A DNA stretch of 64,000 bases from a virus (Duplodnaviria; Caudoviricetes): the IMG/VR virus record IMGVR_UViG_3300006467_000134, positions 1-64,000 of that record. One strand, given 5' to 3'. Both the position numbers and the translations under genes were made by a program. A model generated the notes under the pieces. That model was given only the letters and a program-made list of their open reading frames with translations, made no database searches and was not told the DNA's origin. Shown piece after piece: positions 9,921 to 18,539 of the stretch. Numbering within the stretch: the first letter of the stretch is position 1; each line of letters begins with the position of its first letter.

Positions 9921-10102
9921 TGAAACGAGTCTCTTGGATTTTGTTCTGGGTCTACCTTGTGGTTTGTCTTCTAGCAATACTGGACCTCTACTTCTCAGAC
10001 CTACGAGTACTCGCAAAAGTATTTTTGGGCCTTTTGGTTTTTAACAGCTTGTTAGGTTTTGTTCCGAAGGACATAACACATGATCGACTACCAACTAATT
10101 AA
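9920..10102 (+). CDS. small membrane protein
   Basis: Two TM segments. Confidence 0.55.
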   Translation: MKRVSWILFWVYLVVCLLAILDLYFSDLRVLAKVFLGLLVFNSLLGFVPKDITHDRLPTN

Positions 10103-10640
10103 TGATTGCGAGAACTGGTGGAGAGACAAAGGCTTCACCAAGGTACAAGTTCCTTGGACTGTTACCCAGCAGATCATGGAAATCACTTGTCCCGAAGACG
10201 TGACACCTCTAAAGCTGGAGCATGAGGATGGAAAGTGTTTGATCGGCTCTGGAGAGCAAGGTTTTCTCTACCAACTGAGTAAGGGTTACCTTCCTTGGGG
10301 TAAATACGTGACAACTACCCCATGTTTCCGACAGGAATCCCACGATGTTCTACATCAGAAGAACTTCATGAAGACCGAACTCATCATTGTAGGAAATACT
10401 TTAAATAGTGTTCTTGAGAAAATGGTCGAAGATGCAATGGAGTTCTTTGAACTAGTTTGGGATGGTGTAGAACTAGAAACCTTAAAGACGAGTGGAACAT
10501 CAATCGACATCATTGGGCCACTTGGTGTTGAATTAGGCTCGTATGGCATTCGACACCACAGGCATTTGAGTTGGATTTACGGTACTGGGATTGCAGAACC
10601 ACGGTTTTCAAATTTGAGGAGTTGTGATGGGTTATCATAG
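10080..10640 (+). CDS. stand-alone class II aminoacyl-tRNA synthetase catalytic core (SerRS-like)
   Basis: Motif 1 Pro (VQVPW), GSGE, motif 2 PCFRQE...FMKTE, ELGS, motif 3 GTGIAEPR; 186 aa with no tRNA-binding domain. Confidence 0.75.
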   Translation: MIDYQLINDCENWWRDKGFTKVQVPWTVTQQIMEITCPEDVTPLKLEHEDGKCLIGSGEQGFLYQLSKGYLPWGKYVTTTPCFRQESHDVLHQKNFMKTELIIVGNTLNSVLEKMVEDAMEFFELVWDGVELETLKTSGTSIDIIGPLGVELGSYGIRHHRHLSWIYGTGIAEPRFSNLRSCDGLS

Positions 10641-10899
10641 AAGTGAAATTGTTCCTGGAATTCATGGAGAAGCCTCCAAGATCCGCGAGGAATTCGAGGA
10701 GTTTCAAGATGCCTTACGTCAGCAAAATCCTGTTATGTTGCTTGTTGAGCTGTCAGACCTAATAGGTGCTATTGAGGGGTACACCGAAAAGCATTATAAC
10801 ATCACTCTGGACGATCTAGTCACCATGAAGAACGCTACACAGAGAGCGTTTGCAGATGGCACCAGAACACCGAAACCAGTGCCGGAAACTAAGGAATAA
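10627..10899 (+). CDS. MazG-like all-alpha nucleotide pyrophosphatase
   Basis: KIREEFEE...VELSDL (ExxE...ExxD). Confidence 0.7.
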   Translation: MGYHRSEIVPGIHGEASKIREEFEEFQDALRQQNPVMLLVELSDLIGAIEGYTEKHYNITLDDLVTMKNATQRAFADGTRTPKPVPETKE

Positions 10900-10902
10900 T
10901 CT

Positions 10903-11112
10903 ATGAAACTTCACACGATCTGGGTTCAAGACGATCCATCTGAGGGACCCTGGCTGTACGATACTTGGGATGAACAGGCCCTAGATGAGAATTTTGGTGG
11001 ATGGGAAAACAAAGTAGAAGCAGCTAAAAAAGAGCATTTGTCTTACCGAATTGTCATTATCGAAGTGCCTGCAAAACCAATAGTTGATTCCTTCAAACCT
11101 CTTGAGCTTTAA
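10903..11112 (+). CDS. hypothetical protein
   Basis: ORF with RBS. Confidence 0.6.
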   Translation: MKLHTIWVQDDPSEGPWLYDTWDEQALDENFGGWENKVEAAKKEHLSYRIVIIEVPAKPIVDSFKPLEL

Positions 11113-11133
11113 AATAAAAGGCGGATTATTTTA

Positions 11134-11379
11134 ATGTGCTCCAATCACTTTAAAATGACAGAGTATCAAATATCAGCTCTGAGCCGCCTGGCTATGCTGA
11201 GGATTCCGCGGCTGAGGGCAAATTCCAGATTTCAAGAGGTAAAGTCTAGACTTTCTGGAATATGTCTTGACATAGCCCAGGCAATCGAGGACAATGACAG
11301 GACAAACTCAATTGCCTGCTCCCTTTTGGAGTGGGCGGAACACGAACTAGGAACAAAGATAGATGCCAACCACCGCTAG
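11134..11379 (+). CDS. hypothetical protein
   Basis: ORF track. Confidence 0.5.
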   Translation: MCSNHFKMTEYQISALSRLAMLRIPRLRANSRFQEVKSRLSGICLDIAQAIEDNDRTNSIACSLLEWAEHELGTKIDANHR

Positions 11380-11740
11380 ATCTCAATGTGTGCCTGTTGA
11401 AACCTCAGTTACCGTTTTAGTCCCTAAGGGATATCAAATTGAGGACTATCGCCAGGCACAACCAGGTGAACACTACATTCATGGCTACGTAGTCAAGATT
11501 TGGATGGATTCCTGTCCCTCAACTACGATGTTATTTATTGTGACTCGTAAGCCTTTTTGGAGACAAGCCATTCTGGATGACCTGAAGTTTATTTCAGACG
11601 AAACTCCAATTCCGGCTCAGATTGGAAAGTATAAAGGGACTTTAGTGGGCTGGGAAGATCACCAGTTTATCATGGAATACTACGACAATGGCATTCGCCG
11701 CATTCTGAAAGACAGTCGGATTGAGATCCTAGTAACATAG
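11363..11740 (+). CDS. hypothetical protein
   Basis: ORF track. Confidence 0.6.
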   Translation: MPTTARSQCVPVETSVTVLVPKGYQIEDYRQAQPGEHYIHGYVVKIWMDSCPSTTMLFIVTRKPFWRQAILDDLKFISDETPIPAQIGKYKGTLVGWEDHQFIMEYYDNGIRRILKDSRIEILVT

Positions 11741-11884
11741 TAAAAGTGGCTTTCTTATGCTTAGTAACGACTATCGAGACATAACTTCCTGGCTTTTAGA
11801 AATGGCTTGTAGCTTGTTGATTTTTTTCGTTGTCTTCGCAGTTCTAGTTGGAATGGCTTTTGGCGGCTTAATTGGTTTCATTTT

Positions 11885-12163
11885 ATGGAGAATTATTCTC
11901 GGATGATTTCTAAAGAGTTTTTCACTTACGCAGAGCAGTCCTATGCTCCGATTCGCATTTATCCTGGTGTTTTGTATTTGTATCAAGGCAATGTTGTTCT
12001 TCCAGTGGAGGAAGATAGCAATACAAAACACTTGATTTGTTTGCATCCGGAACCTAACAGCGGCAACAAAGTGGGGCAAACTATCAAAACTGTTCGGAGA
12101 GATGACACAATTCAGCTTATGTTGCTCCCACCGGGGTACAAGTTGATTCTGGAACAAGAGTGA
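11885..12163 (+). CDS. hypothetical protein
   Basis: ORF track; start uncertain. Confidence 0.55.
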   Translation: MENYSRMISKEFFTYAEQSYAPIRIYPGVLYLYQGNVVLPVEEDSNTKHLICLHPEPNSGNKVGQTIKTVRRDDTIQLMLLPPGYKLILEQE

Positions 12164-12238
12164 CCTAGTTGTTAACCCTACCTTGTGTATGCGGAGTACA
12201 CCGGGTAAACCTTTAACTTGAAAGATGGAGAGTAAAAG

Positions 12239-12478
12239 ATGCGAGTTTACGAATTAATGGAGAAGCTATCGAAGTTTCCCAGCGGTGCGGAAGTTTTGAT
12301 TAACGGTACGTCAACGATGAGTGCTGATATTGAATCGGTTAGCCAAGACTATCCTGATTACCACGTTGAAATCAAATTCGATGACATTGAGTTGATCGAC
12401 GACGATGACAACTCGATTGGTTTTGTTTCGGAAATAGTTGCAGAGCGGTCGGCGTCCGAAGAAGACGAAGACGAGTAA
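12239..12478 (+). CDS. acidic hypothetical protein
   Basis: GGAG RBS; MRVYELMEKL start typical of small phage proteins. Confidence 0.7.
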   Translation: MRVYELMEKLSKFPSGAEVLINGTSTMSADIESVSQDYPDYHVEIKFDDIELIDDDDNSIGFVSEIVAERSASEEDEDE

Positions 12479-12529
12479 CGAAGGTGAAGTGTGGAGGTGG
12501 AAGTGATGAGCGGACAGAGGAGTCAGCCG

Positions 12530-12694
12530 ATGACGACTAAACAAGGAATTAGTGGGTGGTGTACGAAGTGCGGTGAACGGAAGGTGTTAAAACTCAGCGG
12601 CCTGTTTGATTCTCCGGTTTGCTACGACTGCATCCAGAAGGAACGAACCCGAATCATTGAAATGAAAACAGGACAGGAGTCAGCCGATGAGTGA
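12530..12694 (+). CDS. small Zn-finger protein
   Basis: CTKC...CYDC; AGGAG RBS. Confidence 0.65.
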   Translation: MTTKQGISGWCTKCGERKVLKLSGLFDSPVCYDCIQKERTRIIEMKTGQESADE

Positions 12695-12989
12695 AGCCCG
12701 AATCGAGAAGACGAAAGCGGACGTACGAGAGTCAATCGAAAAACGCAAAGCTCTAGTGGAATCACGTTACGAGGAAGCAATGGAGAATGCCCGCTACATT
12801 TGCTTCGAGGCAAATCGTCGTGATGATCCGTACGCCTTCGAAAAAGCAATTGAAAGCCTGCCGATTGAAGTTCTGATTGAGCTGATTCACAGGAAGACGT
12901 CCAGAATCATGGCGGATGACAATTGGGCACCATCAAGGCCAGGGCCGTGGGATCATTTACTAGAGAAGAAAGGGGAAGCCGATGAGTGA
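12687..12989 (+). CDS. hypothetical protein
   Basis: AGGAG RBS, coupled. Confidence 0.7.
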   Translation: MSEARIEKTKADVRESIEKRKALVESRYEEAMENARYICFEANRRDDPYAFEKAIESLPIEVLIELIHRKTSRIMADDNWAPSRPGPWDHLLEKKGEADE

Positions 12990-13293
12990 AGCGAAACACA
13001 CGCCCGAATGGGAAATGAAGCTGTTTGATGATGGTGATTTCATTATTGCGGAGGGTCCAGTTGATGAGCTTGATTCTCGTATCGTTGCAGCCCGCTTGGC
13101 CTATTCCGACCCGGAATACGGAAAGCAGATTGCCAGTCTTTTGTTTGCCTCTCCCGACCTGTTGGCGGCGTGCAAAGCGGCAAGGAACTATTTCGAAAAC
13201 ATGGCTGAATGGTCAGACATTGACGGGACTGACTTGGAATCAGTCAAAAACCAACTAACGGCAGCAATCGAGAAAGCGGAGGGGAACGGATGA
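12982..13293 (+). CDS. phage protein of HTP.W...PDLLAAC type
   Basis: KHTPEW...ASPDLLAACK...AAIEKAEG pattern common in phage accessory genes. Confidence 0.7.
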   Translation: MSEAKHTPEWEMKLFDDGDFIIAEGPVDELDSRIVAARLAYSDPEYGKQIASLLFASPDLLAACKAARNYFENMAEWSDIDGTDLESVKNQLTAAIEKAEGNG

Positions 13294-13457
13294 GGAAGCT
13301 GTTAATCCTGCGACCATACTTGGCCGTGTTGATGTTGTTCTGCACTATCGGATGGTACGTCTCGTACTTGGTCAACCACGACGATCAATCGTTCGTCAAC
13401 ATGGTATGGTGCGGATTGTTGGCGATTCTGAATCAGTCAGGCGAGGGGAACAAATGA
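13290..13457 (+). CDS. small membrane protein (55 aa)
   Basis: ATGA-coupled at both ends, two hydrophobic segments. Confidence 0.55.
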   Translation: MRKLLILRPYLAVLMLFCTIGWYVSYLVNHDDQSFVNMVWCGLLAILNQSGEGNK

Positions 13458-13795
13458 CTAAGAAATGCAAAACCTGCGGCGATGTAGCCGGTCCTTGGCA
13501 TCGATGCCTTACAAGAGCGGGCCACGGACGAATCATGGCGAGTGCGGAACGGACTTTCGAAGCATTCAAAAACGGCACTGCAAAGGTCATCACGGTCTGC
13601 AAGAGTTGCAAGCGAGTTGTCCCGACCGATGAGGATGCCCAACGTCGTCGCCAGTTGTGCGAGGAAGTTGTGGAGATTTTACAAGACTGTAGGCAGCGGG
13701 ATATCGCAATGTCAACGCTTGGGTTCTCTAGCATTGAAGAAATCAACGAACACTACGCCGACCTGATCGAACGGGTCAGAAGGGAGTTGCAGTGA
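13454..13795 (+). CDS. Cys-rich hypothetical protein
   Basis: CKTC, CKSC. Confidence 0.65.
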   Translation: MTKKCKTCGDVAGPWHRCLTRAGHGRIMASAERTFEAFKNGTAKVITVCKSCKRVVPTDEDAQRRRQLCEEVVEILQDCRQRDIAMSTLGFSSIEEINEHYADLIERVRRELQ

Positions 13796-14022
13796 GTGAA
13801 ACGGAAGAACTGAAAAAAGAAACAACTGAAACATTCGTGGCCAGTATTGGACTGGTTTTCGTAGGTGCAATGCTTTTGATTGTAGAAGGACCACGATTCC
13901 ATCACGGGTTGATGATCGGAGCAGGTTTGATGCTTCCCCTAACGGCATCGTGGCGTAAACGGGCATTGCTTTCAGAAACCGCCGCAACAGCGGCACAAGG
14001 CACGACGGAAACTGAGGAGTAA
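13792..14022 (+). CDS. small membrane protein
   Basis: Two TM segments. Confidence 0.6.
   Translation: MSETEELKKETTETFVASIGLVFVGAMLLIVEGPRFHHGLMIGAGLMLPLTASWRKRALLSETAATAAQGTTETEE
13972..14016 (+). repeat. 45-bp direct repeat, copy 1
   Basis: 42/45 identical to 14758-14802; contains a GCCGC-AACA-GCGGC hairpin. Confidence 0.9.
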
Positions 14023-14025
14023 ATA

Positions 14026-14379
14026 ATGGGCGTAGACGTTGAATTGTACTTTGAGCAAATTAACGATCTTGAATTTGAATCCGACTCGGGTTCAGCCGAT
14101 TGTTATGCGTTTAATTACGAAATGATTTTGACATGCAAGATTGATGGGCAAGATTTCGAATTTCACAAGACATTCAGTTCCCCTGTCCAATTTCGTGTCG
14201 GTGACTATGTTTACGTCAGTGGGCTAGAGGAAGTTTCTGTTACCAAGGTTGTTTGGTATTTGGACAAGCCCGGCAATGCGTTTATTGAACTGGCTGAGCA
14301 GGACTGCGGCGGTATCGTAGAAGACTGGGCTTGCATTTTAGATGATATGGATTTTGTTGTTCCAAGTTTGACCGCATAA
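14026..14379 (+). CDS. acidic hypothetical protein (cassette-like)
   Basis: GAGGAG RBS; stop codon lies in the GCATAAC box. Confidence 0.7.
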   Translation: MGVDVELYFEQINDLEFESDSGSADCYAFNYEMILTCKIDGQDFEFHKTFSSPVQFRVGDYVYVSGLEEVSVTKVVWYLDKPGNAFIELAEQDCGGIVEDWACILDDMDFVVPSLTA

Positions 14380-14464
14380 CGTCAGCCGTCAGCGGGCGGC
14401 GAAAGGAAAGCTATGAATAAATCAAACGACGCTGACGCCGCTCCGTTGCACGGCATTGTTATGC
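14374..14464 (-). mobile_element. integron attC-like recombination site
   Basis: GCATAAC...GTTATGC core boxes; inner arms GCCGT-CAGCGG-GCGGCG / CGCCGC-t-CCGTTG-c-ACGGC with two unpaired bases on one arm. Confidence 0.7.
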
Positions 14465-14691
14465 GGCTTCGCAATTACGACGAGTGTCACGATGGCGATG
14501 TGGATGAAGCAGCCGACATGCTGGAGTTCTTCTTCGGCCAAATGCAGATGCACAGTCCAGATATGGGTGGTCAGCATAGTTACAGGTTCCGTTCCGGCGG
14601 CTGGCCGATGACGCATTGCAAAGGGCCGAATGCAGAGGATGCAGTCAGGTCGGCAATTCTGGAAATCAAGCGAGAGCGGGAGTCCGCATAA
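14413..14691 (+). CDS. hypothetical protein starting inside the attC-like site
   Basis: AAAGGA RBS and ATG in the hairpin loop; ends in a second CCGCATAAC. Confidence 0.7.
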   Translation: MNKSNDADAAPLHGIVMRLRNYDECHDGDVDEAADMLEFFFGQMQMHSPDMGGQHSYRFRSGGWPMTHCKGPNAEDAVRSAILEIKRERESA

Positions 14692-14757
14692 CAGTATTAG
14701 TTATTCCCAACTCAGTTGGAAATAACACCCGAATATCAGGATTTTCTCCAGCTCGGA

Positions 14758-14802
14758 TCAGAAACCGCCGCAACAGCGGCACAACCCAAGACGGAAACTG
14801 AG
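14758..14802 (+). repeat. 45-bp direct repeat, copy 2
   Basis: See 13972-14016. Confidence 0.9.
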
Positions 14803-14804
14803 TG

Positions 14805-15032
14805 ATGAGTGAAAATACAAAACACCCGCTTCAACAATTCTGGACTGAGAAGTCTGGCTGGAGCTCAGAGCTACATCCTTTACCTGAAATGGGTCTTAGT
14901 GAGGGCACACTGTGCATTGAAACATGGAACGCCGCTATTCAGGCGGTTATTGACTCCGTTGACATGGAGGACTGTAACGAGGAGAATGAAGAGAAGATTC
15001 ACCGCCTGTTTTACCGCGGAGCTTTTGGATGA
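14805..15032 (+). CDS. hypothetical protein
   Basis: ORF track. Confidence 0.6.
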   Translation: MSENTKHPLQQFWTEKSGWSSELHPLPEMGLSEGTLCIETWNAAIQAVIDSVDMEDCNEENEEKIHRLFYRGAFG

Positions 15033-15256
15033 TATCGAAGGAACAAAGGCTGCAGTCAGAGCTGGAGCAAGTTGATATTCAGATTGCCAACGTACAGAAG
15101 TCGATCATGACTACTACTAATACCGATATCCTGTGTGTACAGGAGCACCGGTTGGAAGACTTGTTGGACTACCGAGCCAATCTATCGTCTCAGCTCCGTA
15201 GCATTGCTTTGGACAAACTGGTGGCAGACGCCCAGGAAATGGATATGGGGTATTAG
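15029..15256 (+). CDS. hypothetical coiled-coil protein
   Basis: Coupled ORF. Confidence 0.6.
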   Translation: MISKEQRLQSELEQVDIQIANVQKSIMTTTNTDILCVQEHRLEDLLDYRANLSSQLRSIALDKLVADAQEMDMGY

Positions 15257-15321
15257 TATGTCAGGACTTATTGGACTTGTTGTGCTCATCATCATATTTA
15301 TCGCACTTTTCGAGGATTAAT

Positions 15322-15561
15322 ATGAAGACTGACATATTTGTTAGTTTTGTTAACGGCGAGTCAATTATCATCCAGAATGATACTGAGGAAAAAGCCGAAG
15401 CTCTTTTTATTCATTTTGATGCACTTATGAGTAGCTCCCAGCGAGTTTTGAAGTATAATGATGTGATCTACAACCTGGATCACATTGTTCTTGTAGAACT
15501 TCGTGAGCCGCTTAACACCAATACTCCTCCTATGTCATCCGACTTTAAGGACATGATATGA
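15322..15561 (+). CDS. small protein, putative paralogue family A
   Basis: GAGGA RBS; shared beta-beta-alpha-beta pattern. Confidence 0.6.
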   Translation: MKTDIFVSFVNGESIIIQNDTEEKAEALFIHFDALMSSSQRVLKYNDVIYNLDHIVLVELREPLNTNTPPMSSDFKDMI

Positions 15562-15806
15562 CCGACTACAAACGCCTGGTGGTTGAAACGCTTGGTGGAG
15601 CCTATGGGAAGGTGGCTGTTCGCCGCGGGCGAGGCACCAGTCAAGCGTGGATTTACATTTCAACTGAGCTCAAAGTAAGACCTGAGCACGTTGTGGCGAC
15701 CGAGAAGGCTTTGCTGGACGCCGGCCACTGTGGCATTTACTACGACGATTGCCAGCCGGCCAGTAACCACGCCTTCGTTTTGTGGGCACATGGAGAGCGA
15801 TCATGA
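15558..15806 (+). CDS. hypothetical protein
   Basis: Coupled ORF. Confidence 0.6.
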   Translation: MTDYKRLVVETLGGAYGKVAVRRGRGTSQAWIYISTELKVRPEHVVATEKALLDAGHCGIYYDDCQPASNHAFVLWAHGERS

Positions 15807-16255
15807 GCAGCATACTGTGTATTGCCTTGAAAGACAACACCTGGCACGAGTTTGTCTATGATAATGATCGGGAGGCTGAAGAGCTTATGGCGAACATCAA
15901 CACAATATTAAACAGTCCTTTGGGTTCGGTAGGCTCGATTTCCTTGGAGGGGGAGACTATCGCCTTTAAAGATATTGAGAGTCTTGCTCTTAAGGAATCA
16001 CCCAAACCAAGGCAAAGCCTGGAAACTTTGCAGTTTATCCGTAAGAAAATACTGGATGACATCAATCGGTATAGTTTGGACGAGACGCACTGTAAGGAAC
16101 TGGCTGATTATTACGAGAGTACTGGTGACGATAAACATTCCAAGTTACTCTTAAACCAGGCGTACCACGTTGCCTGTGCCCGCCAGCTTCTGCAAATGAG
16201 GCTAGAGCTCATTGAGGCAGATCTGTTTGCCTTGCAGGCTGAGGGGATGTTCTAG
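15803..16255 (+). CDS. family A domain fused to a helical domain
   Basis: GGAG RBS, coupled. Confidence 0.6.
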   Translation: MSSILCIALKDNTWHEFVYDNDREAEELMANINTILNSPLGSVGSISLEGETIAFKDIESLALKESPKPRQSLETLQFIRKKILDDINRYSLDETHCKELADYYESTGDDKHSKLLLNQAYHVACARQLLQMRLELIEADLFALQAEGMF

Positions 16256-16551
16256 TGCACACGAGTATTGACATTTGGCCGAGTCACCTGAAATCTTTGG
16301 AGGCGAAGCTCCTGTCAAAGGCCGCCGATGAGACTAAAGAACTTCGTATTCTTGAGGGAACAATTCGCTGGTTTGAGGACCGAGCTCCCCGGGAAACCTG
16401 CGACCTGATGAATCTCCAGGCCGGCATCATGCGGGAATACATTGAAGTTTTGAGGAAGCGGGCTGAATTAGTACGTAAGCAGCTAGACACCTACATGCGT
16501 CTAACAGACGACCAACGACAGACTTTTAAGAAAAACCGGAGGATGGGATGA
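16255..16551 (+). CDS. hypothetical helical protein
   Basis: Coupled ORF. Confidence 0.6.
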   Translation: MHTSIDIWPSHLKSLEAKLLSKAADETKELRILEGTIRWFEDRAPRETCDLMNLQAGIMREYIEVLRKRAELVRKQLDTYMRLTDDQRQTFKKNRRMG

Positions 16552-16787
16552 ACTACGGACTTACTGTTTACTTCAAAGACGGTACACACAAGACCTTCCT
16601 GTGCCGAGAAGACACCGCCGAAGCTGCCAAGGAAATGTTTGCCGATATTTGGACGGCATTCTATGGTGACTCGACCTGGATCAGGATTCGTCACGTAGCT
16701 ATTTCACTGGATAACGTAAGTAACATTTGTGCAACATACTGGAATGGCTCAATCCGTACCCATTTGGATGAGGACATGGTCGTATGA
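16548..16787 (+). CDS. small protein, putative paralogue family A
   Basis: GGAGG RBS; TVYFKDG...EDTAEAAKEM. Confidence 0.65.
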   Translation: MNYGLTVYFKDGTHKTFLCREDTAEAAKEMFADIWTAFYGDSTWIRIRHVAISLDNVSNICATYWNGSIRTHLDEDMVV

Positions 16788-17029
16788 GGGAATTTGCCGT
16801 AAGTGTTACCTTTGACAACAAAACTGCCCGTGTGGTCTATGCTCCCGAGGATACCTACGAATCCGCCAAGAAAATGCTGGATGACTTCTGTATTATCCTT
16901 GCTGACAAAGAGGACTACTTTGGCATCGAGAACACCATCTACCGCAAGGACACCGTACGCAAGATAGCCGTGAGCTGTGTTACGGGTGAAAAGATGCTTC
17001 GGTACGACTACGACGAGGTTACCAAATGA
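16784..17029 (+). CDS. small protein, putative paralogue family A
   Basis: SVTFDNK...EDTYESAKKM. Confidence 0.65.
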   Translation: MREFAVSVTFDNKTARVVYAPEDTYESAKKMLDDFCIILADKEDYFGIENTIYRKDTVRKIAVSCVTGEKMLRYDYDEVTK

Positions 17030-17313
17030 CCCGAGTATATTTTAAAGGCCCGTTTGAGGCGGAGATGGTTGAGGTTGCCCGGCAATGTGGAGGTGAGTTG
17101 CCCAGTTACCTCATGCTCTACCGCGGTAATGAATCCTGGTACCTAGGAGAAGACTTGTACTATGAGATCGATGACTACCGTCTAGTTCGAGACCTAGGAG
17201 ACGTAGCCGTCTATGAATACGTGGGAGTCATGCCCGTTGCTGCTCCTCCGAGATTCCAGAGAGTGAAGATTGACCTGGAAGGTAGTGATCCACAGGAAAG
17301 CCTGGAATCGTAG
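17026..17313 (+). CDS. hypothetical protein
   Basis: Coupled ORF. Confidence 0.6.
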   Translation: MTRVYFKGPFEAEMVEVARQCGGELPSYLMLYRGNESWYLGEDLYYEIDDYRLVRDLGDVAVYEYVGVMPVAAPPRFQRVKIDLEGSDPQESLES

Positions 17314-17340
17314 GAAAGCCTTGAAAGCCCTGGAAAACTA

Positions 17341-17420
17341 CAAGAAAAAAAAAACACAGGAAAAAAAAATAGAGAACGCAAGAAAGCACAAGAAAAAATA
17401 AGGAAAAAAAGAGAGAACGG
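17341..17420. repeat. poly(A)-tract region at the end of the + arm
   Basis: Several A6-A9 runs. Confidence 0.7.
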
Positions 17421-17581
17421 TTAGTGTAGACCCTGCCCAGGGGTGAAACCGGACATACCCCCGGGGGTCGCGGTCTCGGTCCCTGTCCTCCTAGGCGATT
17501 CTAGCCGCCTGGGATCGATTCTCATGAGCTCCTAACCGCCCGGGCTATCCCGGGCGGGATTCTATCGGGATCCCTTACGGG

Positions 17582-18007
17582 CTAACCTGTGGCCCCATGT
17601 CGCCATAGCTGAGATCGGTAGGCAATCGCCTGATTGTACAGTTTGACATAACCAATTGGGTGATCCCAGGATACCCGCTCGGCTAGTTGGCGGGCACGGG
17701 TAGCAACCGGGCGGGATAGGCTCGCCCGTAGCTTGTCACACTCCTCTAGAATCTGATCGGTTACCTGTAGAATCTTTAGGTCACCTGGGATCCCACGACA
17801 AACGTATACTTTCGCCCGTTCTGCTTTGATAACCTGGGAATAGTTCTCACCGTTCCACTCATAACCGTATACGGTACCTTGAAACCAGGTTAGTTTGTCG
17901 CACGCGTATTCTCGCCCGCCCACCCGGATAACCCAACCGTATCCGCGGTTGTTTGCGTCGAGTATATCTGCTTTTGTGATTCTACGATGCGATTGTCGGA
18001 TTCCCAT
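17582..18007 (-). CDS. hypothetical early protein
   Basis: AGGAG RBS, own promoter. Confidence 0.7.
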   Translation of the reverse strand: MGIRQSHRRITKADILDANNRGYGWVIRVGGREYACDKLTWFQGTVYGYEWNGENYSQVIKAERAKVYVCRGIPGDLKILQVTDQILEECDKLRASLSRPVATRARQLAERVSWDHPIGYVKLYNQAIAYRSQLWRHGATG

Positions 18008-18049
18008 AGCTTTAATCTCCTAGGAGGTTGTTCGGTTGTTCTGTCGGTT

Positions 18050-18078
18050 ATCTTACCGCCCGGGCGGGCTAGTGTCAA
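18050..18078 (-). promoter_or_regulatory. sigma70-type early promoter
   Basis: TTGACA-N17-TAAGAT. Confidence 0.75.
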
Positions 18079-18206
18079 CTAGGATTCCCGGTTATTTGCT
18101 GAATTGCCCAATATAGTAACAGGCGGGCGGTCTCGGTTAAATAATCCGCTCCCAGGACGATAGTAAGCGTAGCAAGCAGCCCCTGCCAATATTCTCGATC
18201 AAACAT
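18075..18206 (-). CDS. small hydrophobic protein (43 aa)
   Basis: AGGAGG RBS; MFDREYWQGLL... Confidence 0.5.
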   Translation of the reverse strand: MFDREYWQGLLATLTIVLGADYLTETARLLLYWAIQQITGNPS

Positions 18207-18283
18207 AGGTTGTTTCCTCCTAGGAGGATAATCGGTTATTCGCCCGGGATCCCTTGAGAATTATTCCCATCCTGGACAAATTT

Positions 18284-18526
18284 TTATTCTATCGTCCTGC
18301 AATCCGCCCGGGTTACTCGCCTGGAAGTATGGAAGGAATCCGCCCGGGTTAGGAAACCTAGCTTGCCAATAAAATCCTGACCGGTTAGTTGCTGGGAGCC
18401 TAGCCCGGTAGTATCGGGTGGCAGGTATATTGTCCACCCGTCAGCATGATAGACAAACCAGCTATTGAGATGACCTAATTGGCCACCATGGAAAACCAGG
18501 CTATCAAAGTTAGAAGGCAATTGCAT
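18284..18526 (-). CDS. hypothetical protein
   Basis: AGGAG RBS before MQLPSNF. Confidence 0.55.
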   Translation of the reverse strand: MQLPSNFDSLVFHGGQLGHLNSWFVYHADGWTIYLPPDTTGLGSQQLTGQDFIGKLGFLTRADSFHTSRRVTRADCRTIE

Positions 18527-18539
18527 AATCCCAGGGCTC

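Noticed and set aside
12473-12500. Additional attC at GAGTAAC
   Set aside because: No complementary arm or matching GTT box found
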